A DNA stretch of 64,000 nt, taken from NCBI GenBank assembly GCA_951406725.2, contig OX597822.1, positions 20,274,001-20,338,000 on the forward strand. Reading direction: 5' to 3'. Source of the stretch: Octopus vulgaris (lineage: Eukaryota). The stretch's first letter is position 1, and each line of letters opens with the position of its first letter. Below the pieces are notes generated by a model, which ran no database searches, had not been told where the DNA came from, and saw only the letters and a program-made list of their open reading frames with translations. Position numbers and translations under genes: made by a program. Positions 39,661 through 53,418 of the stretch are shown here, one piece after another.

Positions 39661-41899
39661 ATCTTGGTTATTCTTGTAGTTATTGGTATATAAAAGAGTG
39701 TTTATTTGGAATCTACCGTCATTGATATCTCAGCATGTATCTCAGCAAGGGAGAGAGTGGCTCTGTACAACAGTTTTCTGAATAATGTTAAGAATTTTCT
39801 TAATAAAAAATGTCTAAGTTTCATACTTGAAATACCTTGACACATAATAATTTTATTCGAATTCAAAATGTTTTCACTGATTGATAACATTTCGACAATA
39901 TCCATCCAGAGAGGAATGACTTCAAAGAAATGAAGAAGAAAACTTAAGATCAGCCCAAAAGATCTATTAAAATATAATTCGTTGGTTAAACAAAAATCTG
40001 AAGTTATTTAGGATTTATTTAATAAGTCGCTTGAAAAACATGATGCAAACTAAGTCAAAGACGATCGACTGCAAAACCATTTTGATGAAAATTACATAGG
40101 AAAATACGGTAAAACGCAATTGGGCGCAATGCTTGCTGTAATCTACAGTAATCTATGAATCTATGAAAACAAAATGCTTTACTATACAATGAACCACCAT
40201 TCAACAGAATCTTGTTGAGCCGATCACTGCATAGAGGAACGTGTTTGAGAAATAGATCTTTTGTAGTTTTGAAAGCCATTTTTCTAGTCATATTGTATCA
40301 GAATTTGAACTTATTTCGTCAGGCGGAGGAGAAAGTAGTTCCTGTCATTTCTTTCAAACTCTGCTATAGACGTGAAATCGACGTAATTGATGTTCAGCTT
40401 GAAAAGATTTAGGTCAAAGTTTCCAGGAAAAAGACGGAGGCTGTGCCGAAGACAAGTTTTCAGAGCAGGGTCTGGGAGGCGAGAAACAGTGATTATTATT
40501 AAAATCTACGCATTAAGGCAGAATCGTGAGTGTATCGGGCAAAATGCGCCACTTCTTCCGGCTCTTAACATTCTGAGTTCCAATTCCGCTTATTCAAGTT
40601 CGGTGGTCGATGTAATCGACCAGTACCTTCATCCACCTCCCACAAAATTTCAGGTCTTGTGCCAATACCGAAAGAATTATTAAAATTCCAGTTGACAAAA
40701 TCGTTAGAATGTCCGGCAAAATGTGAAGTGACGTATCTTCTGGTTTTTTTTTCTAATTTCTGAGTTAATCTACCACCAAGGATAACTTTTTCTTTCATCT
40801 TTTCGAAGTCGATAACATAAAGAGCCAGCCAAGTACTGAGATCGATGTAATCGAATTACCCCTTATAACACATCAAGAAATTTATTGAAAAGGTGGTCTT
40901 GTCTTATCTCACGGACTTCTTCCATTCTCTTTACAGATATTAGGAGTGCAACTAGGATCTCCACTGACCTCTTTACCATGTTCTTTCTTCCCAGAATATC
41001 TTTCTCTGGATTACCTTCTTACCCCGGTTTTTCTTGCAGCCATCACCTTACAACTTTGTAAGAAAAGCCGTATTTATAGGAAAATTACCGCATTAATATC
41101 AACGAACTGTGAGTAGGTGGGGGAATCTGCGAAGACCATGATTACAGACTATTACTCTAGAGTGAACCATTAAGAACCAAAAATTAAGTCAACAACCGAA
41201 CTACATTTTCACCAAATCTCTCTGACTTGCTAATTACCTATGTGTTTTGCAACTAACAATTATCGACAATTAGCAAAGTATATCTCTGTTCGAATGTTCC
41301 TATTGCTTCAGACAGATATACTTTCATAAAATGTCTGAAATATGAAGCAGAAATTGAATCAAATATACTTAAATCAAATCACCGAGGGAATCCCAATTTA
41401 GTTTCTCGACCTGCTAAAAATAGTAGCCAAAAACAAAATGTGTATTTCACCTTATTACAACCGATTGTAGTCGAACATGTTAAACATGAATTTACACGAA
41501 TATATTTTATTCGAAGCTGCTTCATGCGACATGAACAATTTAATTTCAGACAACCAAACCATCTGCACATCAGCAGACAGTTCGTCTGCTGTTTTCATAA
41601 GTATAATGTCATACTTACTGGGCTGTGATCGACCAGGTTAGATTTCGTTGCTGACGAAACGGATCGACGCAGGACTATTTACTCCCTACGATCTAATGAC
41701 GTAGCACATATCCCAAAACAAAATTTGTACTTACGCACGTCTAGGTGAAGCATTTTCTCTTGCAGCTATATCGTTAGGTCTTTTCACAGTCGATTATATT
41801 CATGTTAAGCACTATTTCACACGAATATAATTTATCCATAGCTGCTTCATGCGACATGATACACACACACACTCACATACATATATAGTTAGATAGATG

Positions 41900-41954
<55 letters not shown>

Positions 41955-42931
41955 TTATATATGTGTGTTAAAGATATATAGATATATTTTTAACATGTTC
42001 CTGTATATTTAAGCGTGAATGACATTGGCTGCGGGATTTTGTCTCGAAAATATACGCTCCATAGACTCTCTATATAAGAACACATAAAGCCTAGTTCTAT
42101 GACTGCAGGTCTGCATTGTATTTTAGTGTTATTTTGCCTCTTCAATGACTGACACCGCTGCGGTCATTTGGAACTAAACTGGAACATTTGCTCCTATATA
42201 TAAGAAACAGTAAGTAATGCATTTACTGATATATGTTAGATGTACAGGTGTGCATACATGTGAGTGTGTGTGTTTGTGTGTGTGTCTGTATGTGTGTATA
42301 GATATATAGATATATTTAAGTCAATGAAAGATATAAAACCTCAGCGAAAATCCCTCAATAATCTATGCACGGAACATTCCCAGTCGTTTTCCCACTAATC
42401 CTGCACTGAATCAATTGGAATCCAATAACAAAGGACTCCATTGCTCACGAAATGTAATATAAAATAAAATGAAAGGAATAAACATGTAAATAATAATCAC
42501 AATTACTTTCTAAATACTTTGCAAATCGTCTCTCGTACATATTCTTCTTGTTTTTATTATTATCATTTAACTCTAGATATTTCCCCTAACCACCAAATCT
42601 AAGATCAAAGGTTTCTAGCAGTGTTACTCCGTGTGTTTGCCTATATAAGTCTGTACGGTCCAATGTGCTCGTCTTTATTTAAGAGTAAGATGTATGTTTG
42701 ATGTAAGGAAATATTCTTATATTCTTTTATTCTTTGACAGTGCTTCGTCATGGACTCGCGCCATGATGTAGCACTGCCTTTAAGGGTTTTCTTCGGTCAC
42801 CTCGACACTTGTACATATTTCAGATATTTTATCAATGTATATTTTATCGAATGTGTTTGTTGCTTTTATTCGTACATTATGTTTTACACGGTTACACATC
42901 AACACAAGCACACATACATACTTATATGTAC

Positions 42932-43013
<82 letters not shown>

Positions 43014-43016
43014 TTA

Positions 43017-43064
<48 letters not shown>

Positions 43065-43532
43065 CCTATCTGTATGTCTGTCTGTCTGTACATATACATA
43101 TATGTGTGTGTGTGTATGTATATACAATATTCCAAACCTACCTACATATCACCTACCAGTCATTTCTCGCTGCTTCACCCACCGACAGACTTGCAAAAGA
43201 ATATACAACGCTAAAAAGAACCCAACCCAAGTATAGTATAATCTGTTGAAGGAGATTAAAGTGATGCTCCGAAGTCACCGTAATATAATTTCCTTGTAAT
43301 AATTCAATGACCATATACTAAGTTAAAATGTATTAAGTGATCATTCAGTTTAATGTTGAATGTTTTTAAAAGCAAATATTGATACACGCACAACTATAAT
43401 ACATACAAACAAACACACACACATACATACATACATACATACATACATACATACATACATACATACATACATACATACATACATACATACATACATACAT
43501 GTGTGTGTGTGCGTGTACGTTTACGAATATAA

Positions 43533-43925
43533 AAAAAATGTGGAAGACCCAATAGTGGGATATGCGATTATCTAATTGAGGGATCAGAGTTCTCCTTCAA
43601 ACAGGGACAACGTTTCGCAGTAAAAAGCAACTTCACATGTGCTTCGGAGAACCTGATATACACACTAACCTGCTCTAGATGTCAAGAGCAATATATAGGC
43701 CAAACAAAAAATAGTCTACGTAAAAGAATGGCCCTCCACAGATCCCAGATAAAAATTCCCCATAACAGAAAATAGCATTCAACCAACACATAGACATTTG
43801 CGCCAACAACAAAAATCCAAGCTTCAGAATTTTCCCCTCTACCAAATCAGGGACGATACAACCTGGAGCCAACGAATTAGTAAAGAAACTCTCTTTATTA
43901 CAAAATATAGGCCCCTTCTGAACGT
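43533..43925 (+). pseudogene. Penelope-like element GIY-YIG endonuclease remnant (missed by ORF track)
   Basis: KKCGRPNSGICDYL...NFTCASENLIYTLTCSRCQEQYIGQTKNSLRKRMALHRS, then after frameshifts IAFNQHI and KETLFITKYRPLLN. Shows the LIY/YIGQT, R..R..H and E...LN motifs of PLE GIY-YIG. Confidence 0.9.
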
Positions 43926-44556
43926 TCTACCACTAACGACATATCCACCTCGGGCTTAGAATAACACAAATACACACGCAAGTATTAAAAATGATACACT
44001 CAAGACATTCCCAAGAATTCATTGGAAAACAGTCCCAATCACTGCTATAATCCATAACGTGCCAATTTAACATCATTTAACACCTCACTACTTTCACACT
44101 ACCTACATTCATTCTTATTCTACCTTCTTCTTCTTCTTCTTCTTCTTCTTCTTCTTCTCCTTCTTCTTCTCCTTCGTCTCCTTCCTTCTCCTTCCTAACT
44201 TTGTCACTAATGCTTTTAGAATAATACCTAAGCAAATTCTATAAACAAAACATTCAAAAGAAATGTTTTCATGATTTGAACAGGGACTGCTATCATTCAC
44301 TGAACATTCAAAATACTACTATCATGGCACTCCCAAATTCTTCTTCTTCTTCCCCTTCTCCTCCTCCACCTCCTCCTTCTTCTTCTTTTTCTTCTCCTTC
44401 CCTACCAAGAATTCACAACGACCTCAGGAGTAAATAAGAGAGACAGACACAGGTAGAAACAAGGGAAATGCCACTTGTATTTGAACACTATACAAATATT
44501 CTTTTGAAAAAACTTTTCTTTTAATTTTTCTAAATTTAATTATTTAATTGTTACGA

Positions 44557-44586
44557 TTGAAAAAGTATTAATGCCTGAAACCGGTA
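44557..44586 (+). ncRNA. Decayed hammerhead motif in the 3' region of the PLE remnant
   Basis: TTGAAAA-AGTATTAATGCCT-GAAAC CG GT A. Palindromic ACCGGT stem III; core mutated. Confidence 0.35.
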
Positions 44587-44663
44587 CTGAAATGTTTTTT
44601 CTAAAATTATTTTAGCATTTTCTATCTCTACTTTTTTCCATATACTCGTGTATTCCTTTTCAT

Positions 44664-44778
<115 letters not shown>

Positions 44779-44888
44779 ATATAATATGATATGATATATG
44801 TGACAATTATATTGCAGATAAATTCCTTTATTTACATAATATCAAGGTTTCATTCTTTTGTTATACTATTACTATTAATCTATCTATC

Positions 44889-44954
<66 letters not shown>

Positions 44955-45030
44955 GGGAATATTCCAAACTTACAAGGAAAAATTCAATTTAGTAATACTA
45001 AATCAAATTTCACAATATATAATACATGTT

Positions 45031-45676
45031 TATAAATTAGAGAAGAACCACCTTTATCAATTCAACAATGAAATAACAATGATATAATTAAATTATACCA
45101 TAGAGAAAAAAATTAAATATACAATAAAAGCATATACCAATAATAAAGTAAAGTACAAAATAATAAATAAAATGTATATAATTGGTAAAAAGACTACACG
45201 TGTCTTGAATTCAAATGTAATTCCAGACAACCAAACCATAAGTATAATGGCATATTACTGGGCTGTGATCGACAAATACTTTGTAAAGAATTAAATTGTT
45301 CCCGTCGCATGAAGCATCTTTGAATTAATGACACTACATGGTCATTGAATTATTACAAGGAAATTATTAACAGTGACTTCGGAGCATCACTGTAATCTCC
45401 TTCGACAGATTATACTACACTTGGGTTGGGTTCTTTTTAGCGTTGTGTATTCTTTCGCAAGAAGTCTTTCGGTGGGAGAAGCAACGAGAAATGACTGGTA
45501 GGTAATAAGTAGTCTTTTTTCCCAATTATATACTTTTTATTTATTATTTTGTACTTTAATTAATTATTGGTATATATTTTTATCGTATATTTAATTTTTT
45601 TCTATATGGTATAATTTAATTATATCATTGTTAGTTCATTGTTGAATTGATAAAGGTGATTCTTCTCTAATTTATA
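45031..45676. repeat. Element with ~165-bp inverted arms; interior duplicated elsewhere in the window
   Basis: 45031-45197 is the reverse complement of 45509-45676. 45338-45512 is the reverse complement of 43140-43316. 45224-45272 resembles part of 41547-41633. Confidence 0.8.
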
Positions 45677-46014
45677 TCTATATATATATGTAGCAAAAGT
45701 AATAATTTATAGATATTCTAATGTATCGCTACGCACTTTTCCACATATGAAATGTTTCTTACATTCATAATCCGTACTCCTGGGATGATCACAGTACAGT
45801 CCGTCGTATCCTTCGACATCAGACTATGATCGTAAGAAACACGTAACTTGCGGAAAAGCGCGGAGTGATACATTAAAATATTTATAGATTCCATCCATGG
45901 ATTATTATTATTACTGTATTTATCTTACCGTATATGGGCACAGCTCGATACAACCCCATTATTGCAATTTGGTATCATTAGGACTTTTTATATGCTTTTC
46001 CCGCAAGCGAACTT

Positions 46015-46081
<67 letters not shown>

Positions 46082-46182
46082 ATAAAGGGCTTAGTAAAAT
46101 AAATTACTTTGCCACATACTGAACTCATTAGAAATAGCAGCCAAAAAAAAAATTTTTTTAGCCAAATTCTAATGCTTAAAGA

Positions 46183-46246
46183 ATTTGGGCTGACGAAAGA
46201 AATGTCGAATTGTATTTGGCTGATCTAGAAACGTACGTTCTCAAAT
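46183..46246 (+). ncRNA. Type I hammerhead ribozyme motif (copy 1)
   Basis: Stem I ATTTGGG/CTCAAAT; core CTGACGA; stem II A-AGA..GTCGAAT tgt ATTTGGC..TCT-A; GAAAC GTAC GT; cleavage triplet GUU at 46237-46239. Confidence 0.7.
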
Positions 46247-46749
46247 AACCTTTGCATATGTGATTTTTTAATGTTTTTACCCCCATACCTTCGTGGGCTA
46301 TTTTGAGTAAGCACTATCTGAGAGAAATTTTCTTTAAGTATTAGAATTTGGCTAAAAATTTTTTTTTTAGCTGCTATTTCTAACGAGTTCAGTATGTGGC
46401 AAAGTAATTTATTTTACTAAGCCCTTTATAAAATGTAATATTTTGAATTCGCCTTAAATGGTCCCTTTACATACTGAATACTTGGTGAAATTGATTAATA
46501 ATTAATTAATTTTACCCTCAATTGTTGAAATTATAATTCATTTCTCTCTGTTTAATGCTTCGGTTTTCACCGATAAAATTATGGTGTTTGCTAGGTTAGC
46601 CCACGTGGGTGGAAAGGGAAGGGCAGAAATTCTTCGCTTGCATATTTTGAATTTGTTGGCACTGTTAGTCTGAACGGATCTTCGGAGGTGAAAAGTCACC
46701 AAAAGAGTATGCTCCTACTTTCAGTGTTTACAAATCCGAATTAAGGAAT

Positions 46750-46811
46750 TTTGGGCTGACGAAAGAAATGTCGAATTGTATTTGGCTGATCTAGAAACGT
46801 ACGTTCTCAAA
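46750..46811 (+). ncRNA. Type I hammerhead ribozyme motif (copy 2)
   Basis: Identical core and stems; stem I TTTGGG/CTCAAA. Located 566 nt downstream of copy 1. Confidence 0.7.
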
Positions 46812-47094
46812 TAACCTTTGCATATGTGATTTTTTTAATGTTTTTACCCCCATACCTTCGTGGGCTATTTTGAGTAAGCACTATCTGAGAGAAATTTTCT
46901 TTAAATATTAGAATTTGGCTAAAAAAATTTTTTTTTTGGCTGCTATTTCTAATGAGTTCAGTATGTGGCAAAGTAATTTATTTTACTAAGCCCTTTATAA
47001 AATGTAATATTTTGAATTCGCCTTAAATGGTCCCTTTACATACTGAATACTTGGTGAAATTGATTAATAATTAATTAATTTTACCCTCAATTGT

Positions 47095-47136
<42 letters not shown>

Positions 47137-47243
47137 ATATATACGTACACATACATATGTATGTATATGTTTATATATCTATGTATAAATAAATACGTCA
47201 CTGTCAATACTTTTCTTGTTAAAGTATAAAGTCCTAGAAAGAG

Positions 47244-48160
47244 AAATGAAGGCGCAGAATGTTGCAGTATTCTTAAGTATTGAACCTGGAAAAGTACAGG
47301 TTAAGCAATAATTAAGAGAAGAAAAATACAGGACAAAAAGAAAAAAATCCTTAAAATATTGCTGCTGAAGTTAGAATTTCCTAAATAACTTTCTGAAATC
47401 TTTCATCAAATTGTGTGTGCACTGTTTAGTTTTTTATATTTTTGGGCTCTGTATTGCAAATCTTAAAAATCTAGGTTAATATATTTGATTAAAATTCTTT
47501 TTTGTATTAAGCGAAAACATTTTTGTCTTATTTGTAATGCTACATTATTTTTTAGATTTTATTTTCTTAACTTAACTCATTATCTAAAAGTTCTAAATTA
47601 CAGATATTATATTAAAATTAAACTCATAGAAAATATGTAATTAAAAAATGAGAGTAAAAGATAGTAAAAAAAATTTTTAAGAAACAAAAAGTAATTTCTT
47701 TAAAGTTTGCAGTATGAAATAGCAAAATATTCTCTATTGACAGTCAGAAGAATATTAAAAAAATGAAAGCAAATGAACAAATAGAGTGCAATACAAATGG
47801 TAGAAATGACTCTCTAGCATTAGAAATCTTTGGGGTTATAATACATTGTCAATTTTGCTTAAATTGCTATTATGCGATTTTTTCTATATATAGAGCACTA
47901 AATTTGTAATATTAGGCAATTAGTCTTTTCACTAAATTTGAAAATAAATAGCTTTTTGAGTATTTTAATTTAAGCTTTTATATAAAAATATAAGAGTGCA
48001 TTTATTGCTATTTTAGATTTTAAAATCTAACTTCAGTAGCAATATTTTAAGTTTTTCTTTTTTCTCGTCCTCTACTTTTCTAAGCTGAATTACAGCTTGT
48101 CCTGTACTTTTTCAGGTTTATAACTTAAGAATATTCTACCATTCTGCGCCCGTATTTTTC
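47244..48160. mobile_element. Old MITE/foldback with ~135-bp degenerate TIRs
   Basis: ggcgcagaatg..attcttaagt..aacctggaaaagtacagg..ttaaaatattgctgctgaagttaga has an inverted match at 48019-48160. Confidence 0.7.
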
Positions 48161-50957
48161 ATTTTGGCCCATTTTTGTCTCTAGATAACGCTTCTATTAT
48201 CATAATGAATTATATTTAGCTTTATACTATTCATTCTAGTAATACTAAAAATAAGAAATAAATGTTTTAGCTTAATGCAAAGAAATTTAAAAACCAAAAA
48301 TATTAACTTTATTTAAACAAACTTTGAAGCGCAGAGTGAGTTGGTATTTTACTGAAAATAAAGGAAAACACCGAATAGCTGTGAAAACGGTTTGGAAGAT
48401 CGGGTGAATACTCTTAGAAAATGAAACTCCCCCTCCCCCACCAAAAACGGTGGCCAGAAAGCCGCTACAAAAAATCGAAAGAACTTATCAATTTTTTTTA
48501 TTTGTTAAAATGAACACCGTTTTTGCCATCATTTAAAGCCACCGCAAGAGCTAATATTTTTTGACGCAGTTTCCGCTGTAAGATTCCGCTTATAGAGCTC
48601 TTTCATTTGAACAGTACTATTGTATAGTTTTCTTTTGCAATGGCTGAGACACTTTGATTCAAATTCAGTTTCTCGCCTTATTCTCCTACCTTTGACCTTA
48701 TATATTTTGACCTAACGTTTTTGTAAATGAACCAAATTTCGATTATCTAATCTCAAAATGTTGCTTACGGCTGGACTATCATTGCTAAAAAGATCAAATT
48801 CAAATTGGTTGAGAAATGAAATAGTGTTGAAGCCTAGAAGTTCATCCGAGTGACTAAAAGTTGATCTTAAAAATATATTCTCCCATTGCAAAATATAATT
48901 GATGTAGTGAAAGCTTTAACTTTAACGATTTATTTTCGTTAGAGCATAGTATACCACTGGAAGCGCCAATAATAAATAACGGTCAGTGTTTTAGAGTTCA
49001 TAAAACTTTCTCTGATTTATCTGAAATAAGGACGATTATAAATGGAAATGTTGACAGTTATTTCTTTTGTAATTTTGTCTGATAACAGTTAACCTACATT
49101 TCGGCTGTACAAGCTACGCCTTAGGGCAAGATGGTTTCTATTTCAATGAGATATGAAATAACAAAACCCTTGTTTTTGGTCGTTCTTTTTCATTGCAAGA
49201 GAAAGAATTGTCTTATCTGTAGTCTTATTTATTTTCTGCTTTTCGTTTGTAAAGCTAATTTGTGTTTGATAGAATGGTCTGTATCGTAGTTATTATGCAT
49301 TTCTTTTCTTTTCTTTTTTGTTTTAATTACTGATTCATTAATATTCATATCCAACGATAAATTCTTTAATATTCTATCACATAGCTATTTCAAATTACTT
49401 GCATTTGAATAGTACGAACTGATTAAACATTTATGAATTATATTATGTCATAATAAAAAGAGAGAGAGAGGAAGGAGAAATTATGTATGTTAAAAAGAAA
49501 GGTGAAGATTATTTTATAATTTTATACAGCTAAATGGGAACCATTCGTAGTTTCTTCATACATCACATTAGCTGAAGACGGGAACTGATTACCTGAAAAT
49601 AAAGATAAGTGCTTCAGTGGTCTAGATATGGAACGCTACATTTCCATTGGTAAAAATGAGAAGCAATTCATCTGATTTACGAAAATATTTTTAAAAGTTT
49701 TAGTGAAATGATGTATTATTTCCATTTAGTTTTTTTAAAGATTCTTAGAGACTTCTGAGCATTTCACAGTAATTCAAAGTATTCCAAAACAAGTCATAAA
49801 AGAAAAAATATTTTGCTCTTTACTTCGAAACTTATAAGTCAATCGACCAGATTCTTGTTAAAATACTGCTTTTGTATTGCTCATTCGATAATAAACATGT
49901 TAATCTAACCGCAGACAATAGCTATAGAGACTCACTTTATCTAAGTTCTGACGCAGAGTTATATGTTTCTGAGTCACAAGGTGAACAATTTCGAGATAAG
50001 ATATTAGTCAATACCATCAGCCCCAGTACTAGACCAATACTCTACGAACTCCAGAATGATGAAAGGCCAAGCTGACCGCGGTGTAATTTGAAACGTAAAC
50101 TGCCGTAGAAATACCGTAAAGAATTTTCCATAACATTTGGCGATCCTGCTAATCCAAAAGCCAGTTAAATTTTTTAACCCACAAGAGAAATTATGTTTTA
50201 GTAACGAATCAGTAATCAAGGAATTTGTCAATACGTTTATCGATAATATGTTCAATCTGTTATGAAAGAGAGGTTATTCGTATCATAATGCTGACACCCT
50301 ATACAGTCATTAACTCCAATTAAAATTTCCACTCAAAACTTAAAAATGCAAATGTCTCTAATGAAAGTAAAATGATGTCCGAAAAGAATAGGTAGCTATT
50401 GAAACATTGTAAAACTATCACCATTTTTACCACATGACTTTTTTTCTTCTCGTAAATGTTTTCTAAAGAAAATTTGGAGACGTGGATTGAAATAAGCATC
50501 AAATGAATCCAACTTGATATTATAAATCACGATCTTTTTCATGTGATGCTGCTATAAAAAAAAAGAAAACTGATGTGCTAGAATTATTAAAATTATGTTC
50601 CTTGTAACTGATAAAAAAATAGATGAATCTTGTGTAGCATTTTATCTTTATATCTTATCTAGCAGAGTAAGAGATGGGTGAAAGATGGCAGTCTTAGAAA
50701 TAATGGCAGAAGACACACAAACTCTGCTCTTGTTAATTGTATTGTCAGATCAGGAATGGTAGTTCTCCTGGTTATTTTTCAGTTCCTTCAAGACTGGTTG
50801 AAGAATGAGAAGTTGTTATGTCCCAGATGGTTTTATAGAGTGAACCCAACTAAAAGCACCCAAGAAAATATTCCATCTATCGCATTTCATTCCAAGACCT
50901 TATCTGATACGAAGCTGTAGAAATAGACACTTGCTAGAGACACAACAGGGGGAGTTG

Positions 50958-51812
50958 GACGGAGGTAAAGGACATGGACCGACCCCTTTTTTGTTTTTTT
51001 TTTTCTACAGAAACCCACTTTTTCGACTGCGGAGATACCGAATCTGCAACCTCCCCCCCAAGAAATCGGCATTTCAAAGTTTTAATTTCCCTCCCCACCC
51101 CCAAATTTTCACTTCTGTTTTGAAAATTTGGGAGCGAAATACATAAAAAATACGGAGTTTATGATTCCGAAAAAAATTTGTAAAATTTCAATTTATCAAA
51201 AAAAATAAATAAATAAACACCCTTCTCCCCCACCAAAAGTATTTAAACAGAAAGTTCGATATGCTAGAAACAGCAGCTAAATGATGAATCACGTTTTCAA
51301 AATTTTAATTTCCCCCACCCCATTTTTTCTTTACCAGATGGATGGAGAACGGGAAAATTAAAATTTTGAAAACGTGTTTTGTGAGTTTTCAATATCTTCA
51401 ATTCCCCTCCGACCAGAACGTCCGACAGGCTAGAAACAACAGCCAAACCGAAGACCCACTTTCTAAATATGAATTACCAAAAAAAAAAAACAAAAGAATT
51501 TTAAATGTCATTTCCTTGTCGTCTGTGTGTGTGTGTGCGCGCGTGTGTGCAAAAAAATTTTTACATACCTCTCTTAATGCCAAAAGACCCTCAACCACAA
51601 CATGTTCACTTTCTGTCATATATGCACTGGTGGAGGGAAGGGGTGTTTATTTGGTCATTTTTGAAAAGAGTTTCAAATTTTGAAATGCTGATTTTTTTTT
51701 GCAGATTCAGAATCTCCGCAGTCGAAAAAGGGGGTTTCTGTAGAACCCCAACCACAAAAAAAAAAGAAAAAACAAAAAAAAGCGGGTGCAGTCCATATCC
51801 TTTACCTTCGCC
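50958..51812. mobile_element. MITE with long TIRs and 8-bp TSD (Merlin-like), nested in a SINE
   Basis: TIR gacggaggtaaagg / cctttaccttcgcc. Inner inverted blocks (tttttcgactgcggagat). TSD GGGAGTTG at 50950-50957 and 51813-51820. The flanks rejoin into a CORE-like SINE head. Confidence 0.85.
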
Positions 51813-52434
51813 GGGAGTTGAACCAAGAACCAGCTGATTACGAAGCAATTTTCTTAAACACCCATGTTTGTGGACACTAGTAAAAACGACAAGCTGATCA
51901 TTATGGAACACGGAATCAACATTCTTACATAGAAATAAACATCTTGGTAGCAATCTATTAAATGAGCACTATAACTGAAACTGTAATCATACTATGCAGG
52001 CTAATCCATTACTTATGTTCTTATGCGTACGTATATGAGCGTAAGTATGTGTTTATGTATATGTGTAAGTGTATGTGTATGTTTGTTGTTTGTATATGTG
52101 CTTGTGTGTGTATGTCTTCATATATGTATGTGTGTATATATGTGAATATGTATGTATAGGTATGTGTAAGTACGTGTATTCATGTGTATATGTGTGTATG
52201 TGTACAAGTATGTGCTTCTGTGCGTACATGTACGAGTGTGTATGTGCATGAATTTAAATATTTGTGTATGGGCGTAAGTATGAGTTGAAGGTCAATATAT
52301 GAACAGTGTATAATATTGATTTTTGATGAAATATCTGAGAATGGCCTGCATTGCGTTTTTTGGTATAAACATAAGAATATTCAGAGTTTTGGAATTCGAC
52401 TCCAAAATAATGGATTGCGAAAAATTGTTCATTT

Positions 52435-52600
52435 ATAGGTGCAGACATAACTCTGTGGTAAGTAGTTTGTTCTCCAACCACATAGCTTCGGGTCCAGTTC
52501 AACTGCAGGACATCTAGGATAAGTGTTTTCTACTATGGCATCGGGTCGGTCACATACCTGTAAGAGGATCTGGCAGACGGAATCTGAAAGATGCCCGTCA
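52435..52600 (+). mobile_element. Decayed CORE-like SINE head
   Basis: ctgtggtaagtag...aaccacatag.ttcgggtccagt...aagtgttttctactatggc...ggcagacggaatctgaaag. Confidence 0.7.
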
Positions 52601-52609
52601 TATACATAT

Positions 52610-52655
<46 letters not shown>

Positions 52656-52856
52656 ATATAATAAATATAAGAGAGTGGTCACTATATTGATCACTCTAGC
52701 ACCAGTTAATCCAAAAGGTTTCAACCACGCGAGTTTGGCGCGCTGTTGGTTGGGGCATTTGAATTATAACGTCGGATGTAATCAATTGAACCACACGCGT
52801 ATTTATCGTTATGGTAAAATCTGGCGTGTGATTGAGTGGATTTCATCAGATAGTCT

Positions 52857-52928
52857 CTGATGAGCAAATGGATTATTGTAATAATATTACATAATTCATG
52901 ATAGCGAAACAATTACAAATAATCTGTA
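52857..52928 (+). ncRNA. Hammerhead core with stems II and III but no stem I
   Basis: CTGATGA-GC..ATGGATTAT...ATAATTCAT..GC-GAAAC-A ATTA caaa TAAT c T-GT A. Downstream T-run does not pair with upstream agtct. Confidence 0.45.
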
Positions 52929-53086
52929 TTTTTGTTATATATATATATGAAACATGTATTTTCGTGGTTGAAACTTTGATTAACGGTATAGATATATATA
53001 TGACCACTCTCATATATATATATATAAAATATATATATATATACATATACTATTAAATTAGTATCTAATTCTCTCACCCTTATTAA

Positions 53087-53169
<83 letters not shown>

Positions 53170-53174
53170 CATAC

Positions 53175-53222
<48 letters not shown>

Positions 53223-53418
53223 GTATATGTATGTATCTTTTATCTTTTACTTGTTTCAGCCATTAGGCCATGGCTATGCTGGGGTGCTGCCTTGAAGAAG
53301 TATTTTAGTCACATTATCGACCCCAGTACCTATGTATTTAAAGCCCAGTACATATTCTATCGGAATATGTACCGTCTACCAAATCCACTTACAAGGCTTT
53401 GGTCGGCCCGAGGTTATA

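Larger units (their letters stand above)
46078..47097 (+). mobile_element. Non-autonomous PLE-type/retrozyme-like element (inverted stub + 1.6-mer tandem)
   Basis: Direct repeats 46184-46528 and 46750-47097 are nearly identical. 46078-46182 is an inverted copy of ~46329-46432. Flanked by (TA)n on both sides. No ORF. Confidence 0.88.

Noticed and set aside
39700-40440. Possible DNA-transposase (hAT-like C-terminal) relic
   Set aside because: Coding-like composition and a faint resemblance only; no diagnostic motif could be read across the stops.
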